Shown in pieces: positions 60,956 to 64,000 of a stretch of DNA of 64,000 nucleotides (positions are counted from its first letter, which is position 1; the number at the start of each line of letters is the position of its first letter). The notes under the pieces are model-generated. The model was given only the letters and a program-made list of their open reading frames with translations, ran no database searches and was not told the DNA's origin. The position numbers and the translations under genes were made by a program. The stretch lies in the IMG/VR virus record IMGVR_UViG_3300024239_000014, positions 124,001-188,000 of that record; one strand, 5' to 3'.

Positions 60956-62589
60956 TCTTGGTCCTTAGTGATCTGTTCTTGCACGCTATCAAGCAGCGGC
61001 CTGAACTCTTCTGGAATTATCAAATCGCCATGATGAGTAACCTCGCCGTATACGTTGGCGCGGCTGGTACCCACAGGCGATGCCTTTGGTAGATACAGGT
61101 AACTGCCGCACGCAGCGATCGACGCATGCAACCGCAGCGACGGATCGGAGAAGTTCTCTCCATGATCGCTACCACGGCTACTGCGCCGGGTAGTTTCGCT
61201 TTGCGGGATGACTTTGGAAGTAAACCGAATGACTTTACTGTCAGACGGCGAACTTTCGGTGGCTACTTCGCCATGGTTGGAATTGATCTGGTAGATCAAC
61301 TCGGGATTCAAGAAGCGGTTGAACCGGCTTTCGATTTCTGCTTCTGACAGCACCTTCCCTTTGTTGTCCAAACGCCAGGTTAGGTTGAAGATTGCCTCGA
61401 CGATGTTCTGGAGGACGTACTTCCAGCTCATGAGTCGTTTGCCATCCATTCGGTTGTTTTCCGATTGGTTGAGCATCGTATTCATCTTCTCCATTACGTA
61501 GGAGAACAAGTAATAGATGTTCGGGCAATTAAGGCCGTCTGCCATCAGGTTTTCCTGAGAAAGCGGATCAATGTACTGATCCAACGAACGCAGGTGTGCC
61601 TGGACCTTTTCAACCAGAGCACCTTCACTGGCTGCTGGACCAAAGATCGACAACCCCAGTAGACGCATCCACATGTGGGTATCTTCCAGGTCTTCCAGGT
61701 ACAAGATGCGGTTCGGGTAATGATCCATCACGTAGAAGAACCCAGCCACCATGGATTCCACTTTCGCTGTTACGTGAGCCCGTTTGACAGCCAAACGAAT
61801 GGTCGTAGCTGACCACGGCTTACGGCGCATGCTGGAGGGAGTTGACCCCGATGGACCGTAGATGACGTAGCTGTCAGGCGGGAAGTTCGTGGTGTTGATT
61901 TCATCCAACGTACCGACATGGACATTGGTTTCTGCAAACACGGCGAAAGCCCGGCTCAATCCGTATTTGGCGAACATGTACAGCGCCAGCGGTTCCACCG
62001 ATTTCACGAAGTCCGTGTGTTTGGTCACGGAGCGATCGGGTTTGTGGTGGTGGATGGAGCTGTGGTGGTAGAACGTGGGGCGGTGGTTACCGTCGACCGA
62101 AATGGTCCACTGCGTCTGACGGAAGATTAATTTATCGCGCGTTAGCGGTACGTACAGCAGGTTCTTGGTTACCGATACACACCGATCTGCCAATACCGGT
62201 GAAATGGTAAATACCGAGCCTCTGAGCACAATGGTGCCTGCATCGCCCAGATAGGGTAACAACAGGTACCGTGGTCGCAGCTTGGACGCGTTGTATTCGA
62301 AATTGAACTGCACCATGTACAGGTCTGAACGACTAACGTCATAAAGACTTTTGCCGGAAGGACTCCGGCTGGTACGGATGCGAGCCAACTCCATGAACTG
62401 GCGATACGGATCCACTCGTTCATAGCCGAGGTATTTCAGCCCAGGTGGGAAGCTCTGCATGGCACAGCGCCAAATCCGGTCAATATTGACTTCCGGACTT
62501 TCCATTTGTCGAGTGACAATCCCTTCTGCAATCGTTGGATTGAATTTGGGTTGTTTCGACTGGATATAGGCGAATAATCTGTCATCCAT
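60952..62589 (-). CDS. Non-virion RNA polymerase beta subunit fragment, phiKZ gp123-like (545 aa)
   Basis: P.FN..IA.G, FPPGLKY.GYE, SD.YMV.F, LPY..D.G.I.L.GS...ISPVLAD, RD.L.F, K.K.SPVG..R.N.Y; size and synteny. Confidence 0.8.
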   Translation of the reverse strand: MDDRLFAYIQSKQPKFNPTIAEGIVTRQMESPEVNIDRIWRCAMQSFPPGLKYLGYERVDPYRQFMELARIRTSRSPSGKSLYDVSRSDLYMVQFNFEYNASKLRPRYLLLPYLGDAGTIVLRGSVFTISPVLADRCVSVTKNLLYVPLTRDKLIFRQTQWTISVDGNHRPTFYHHSSIHHHKPDRSVTKHTDFVKSVEPLALYMFAKYGLSRAFAVFAETNVHVGTLDEINTTNFPPDSYVIYGPSGSTPSSMRRKPWSATTIRLAVKRAHVTAKVESMVAGFFYVMDHYPNRILYLEDLEDTHMWMRLLGLSIFGPAASEGALVEKVQAHLRSLDQYIDPLSQENLMADGLNCPNIYYLFSYVMEKMNTMLNQSENNRMDGKRLMSWKYVLQNIVEAIFNLTWRLDNKGKVLSEAEIESRFNRFLNPELIYQINSNHGEVATESSPSDSKVIRFTSKVIPQSETTRRSSRGSDHGENFSDPSLRLHASIAACGSYLYLPKASPVGTSRANVYGEVTHHGDLIIPEEFRPLLDSVQEQITKDQE

Positions 62590-63616
62590 CTTTCCCTCCT
62601 CCTAACTTTTTCTTAAAGGTCAGAATCACAGTTGCCAGACCGATTGCCGCAGTCACGACCTTGGCTACTGTTTCAAAGGTTTTACCGGTACCTTGTACTC
62701 GCTGTTCGATCAGTTTACGTTCAGCTTGGATCTCATCTCGAGCCAGTTCGCGAGTGAGGACTTCTTTCTTCAGCTCCAGTTTTTCTTGTTCGAATACGGC
62801 TTCTGGATTGCCGTTTGCTTTCGCAAGGGCATAGGATGAATAAACCCGAATGGGGCACTTACCCTTTTCCAGATCTTCAAACGACATGACCAGGTGGGGT
62901 ACCGCATTCGGAGTACGGCGCAATCCAGAGAACTTCGTATTCCAACCGTTGGTTATTAGATGCACACCGTCCGCTAGGTTGGGGTCCGTCACTCGTGGGA
63001 TTTCAAAGGGCTCTGCTCCGAATATTGAAAACAGTCGACCATAGCGGTTAAACTGATCGACATAAAACATCCGGAACTGAGTGTCGTCCTTATTCTTCTC
63101 GACTTGGTCGTAGAAGTGATTAACGACATCTTCTACGGCATGCGGATGACTCAACAACGAATCAGCACCAACGACACTAATAACCATATCCAGGTTATGG
63201 TCGTAAATCACACCACCAAGTTCGATGATCTCATCAAACGTAACGGTGTAAATATAGCTAGCAGTCTGCGGACCGCTTTGATGCCGGCAAATCAAATCTT
63301 GTAACTTGTTTGCCAGGGAGTAGCCACTAACAGATGATACCGGTACGTCCGTTTTAACATAGTAGTTGTAGGTATCGTAATACTCAATTTCCAAACGCCG
63401 TTGAGCGTTACGCATGTCGCCGCGAATAAACTCCTGTCTGGGTGGCAGGGTAATGCGTAAACCACTACGCTCAATCAGCACAACTTCCCGGTCACTACAG
63501 TTGAGGATCTTGCGGTGAGTGCTAAATTCAGGGTTGCTGTTATTATTGCGAAAGACAGCGACTTCCGGATAATGGACAGTAACCGGGAGGCTAGCGCTGT
63601 AAGTGCGGTCGGTCAT
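62582..63616 (-). CDS. Core hypothetical protein with C-terminal coiled coil and TM helix (344 aa)
   Basis: Start inferred at MTDRTY (RBS GGAG); overlaps the RNAP gene start. Confidence 0.7.
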   Translation of the reverse strand: MTDRTYSASLPVTVHYPEVAVFRNNNSNPEFSTHRKILNCSDREVVLIERSGLRITLPPRQEFIRGDMRNAQRRLEIEYYDTYNYYVKTDVPVSSVSGYSLANKLQDLICRHQSGPQTASYIYTVTFDEIIELGGVIYDHNLDMVISVVGADSLLSHPHAVEDVVNHFYDQVEKNKDDTQFRMFYVDQFNRYGRLFSIFGAEPFEIPRVTDPNLADGVHLITNGWNTKFSGLRRTPNAVPHLVMSFEDLEKGKCPIRVYSSYALAKANGNPEAVFEQEKLELKKEVLTRELARDEIQAERKLIEQRVQGTGKTFETVAKVVTAAIGLATVILTFKKKLGGGKDG

Positions 63617-63652
63617 GTAGAACTCCGTAATGACAAGCACCGCACCTACAGG

Positions 63653-63907
63653 CTACGTAGATTGTCGGTGGCGAAAATAGAGGATGCCGTATGCGACTAA
63701 GGCAGCTGTGGCAGCAACTGTAACCTTAGCCAACAGGCTGGTTTTCTGAGGCGGGTACTCAGTTTCGTCAAAGAGCACTGTCTGATCGTTTTCATCAACG
63801 ACGACTGTGCGCACCATTGACTTCCCGCTGGGATACTTCGTCTGGATGCGATGACGCTTTGTGCGTTTAAGCACCAGCGGCTGCTTCGGTTCGGTCTGAT
63901 CGGTCAT
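63653..63907 (-). CDS. Small protein with C-terminal TM helix (84 aa)
   Basis: RBS GAAGGGG. Confidence 0.65.
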   Translation of the reverse strand: MTDQTEPKQPLVLKRTKRHRIQTKYPSGKSMVRTVVVDENDQTVLFDETEYPPQKTSLLAKVTVAATAALVAYGILYFRHRQST

Positions 63908-63910
63908 GAC

Positions 63911-64000
63911 TTACCCCTTCTTAATGGGTAGCAAGAACGCCAACACCGCACTATACAAGACGATATCGGCATGGCGGTACAACACCTTTACAAAGTCTGG
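63911..64000 (-). CDS. 3' end of a gene running off the window
   Basis: Open frame PDFVKVLYRHADIVLYSAVLAFLLPIKKG followed by a stop. Confidence 0.45.
   Translation of the reverse strand, partial: PDFVKVLYRHADIVLYSAVLAFLLPIKKG

Noticed and set aside
1-64000. CRISPR array, tRNA or rRNA genes
   Set aside because: No regularly spaced direct repeats or cloverleaf signatures were seen by eye, and the recurring hairpins differ in stem sequence. tRNAscan-SE or CRISPR finders were not run.

Overview
64 kb from a phiKZ-like (nucleus-forming, Chimalliviridae-type) jumbo phage genome, probably infecting a gammaproteobacterium. All family calls come from motif recognition by eye; no searches were run. 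Left end (1-7.3 kb): paralogous internal-head/ejection proteins with S/A/G-X-E protease motifs. Middle (about 3.5-43.5 kb): almost entirely minus-strand accessory genes in operons. Seven operons are headed by a shared motif, CTAYATHRY-N4-GTG, that resembles the phiKZ early promoter. Many operons are punctuated by hairpins preceded by ACGGCATA. Right end (43.5-64 kb): core genes including baseplate/tail-fibre paralogues, tmk, ruvC, a gp128-like protein, a gp129-like portal and a gp123-like non-virion RNAP beta subunit. Highlights: (1) a complete chemoreceptor (Cache-HAMP-MCP) inside a predicted early operon; (2) a DUF1874/AcrIII-1-like ring nuclease in another early operon that also carries structured RNA elements and a 24-codon ORF; (3) thyA split by a fully traceable group IA2 intron with an intact GIY-YIG endonuclease, inserted 21 nt upstream of the T4 td site; (4) Orn, a permuted SLOG protein, a PHP phosphoesterase, an HslV-like/Mor-HTH fusion, a large lipoprotein and several lineage-specific paralogue expansions. 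No tRNA or CRISPR array was seen.
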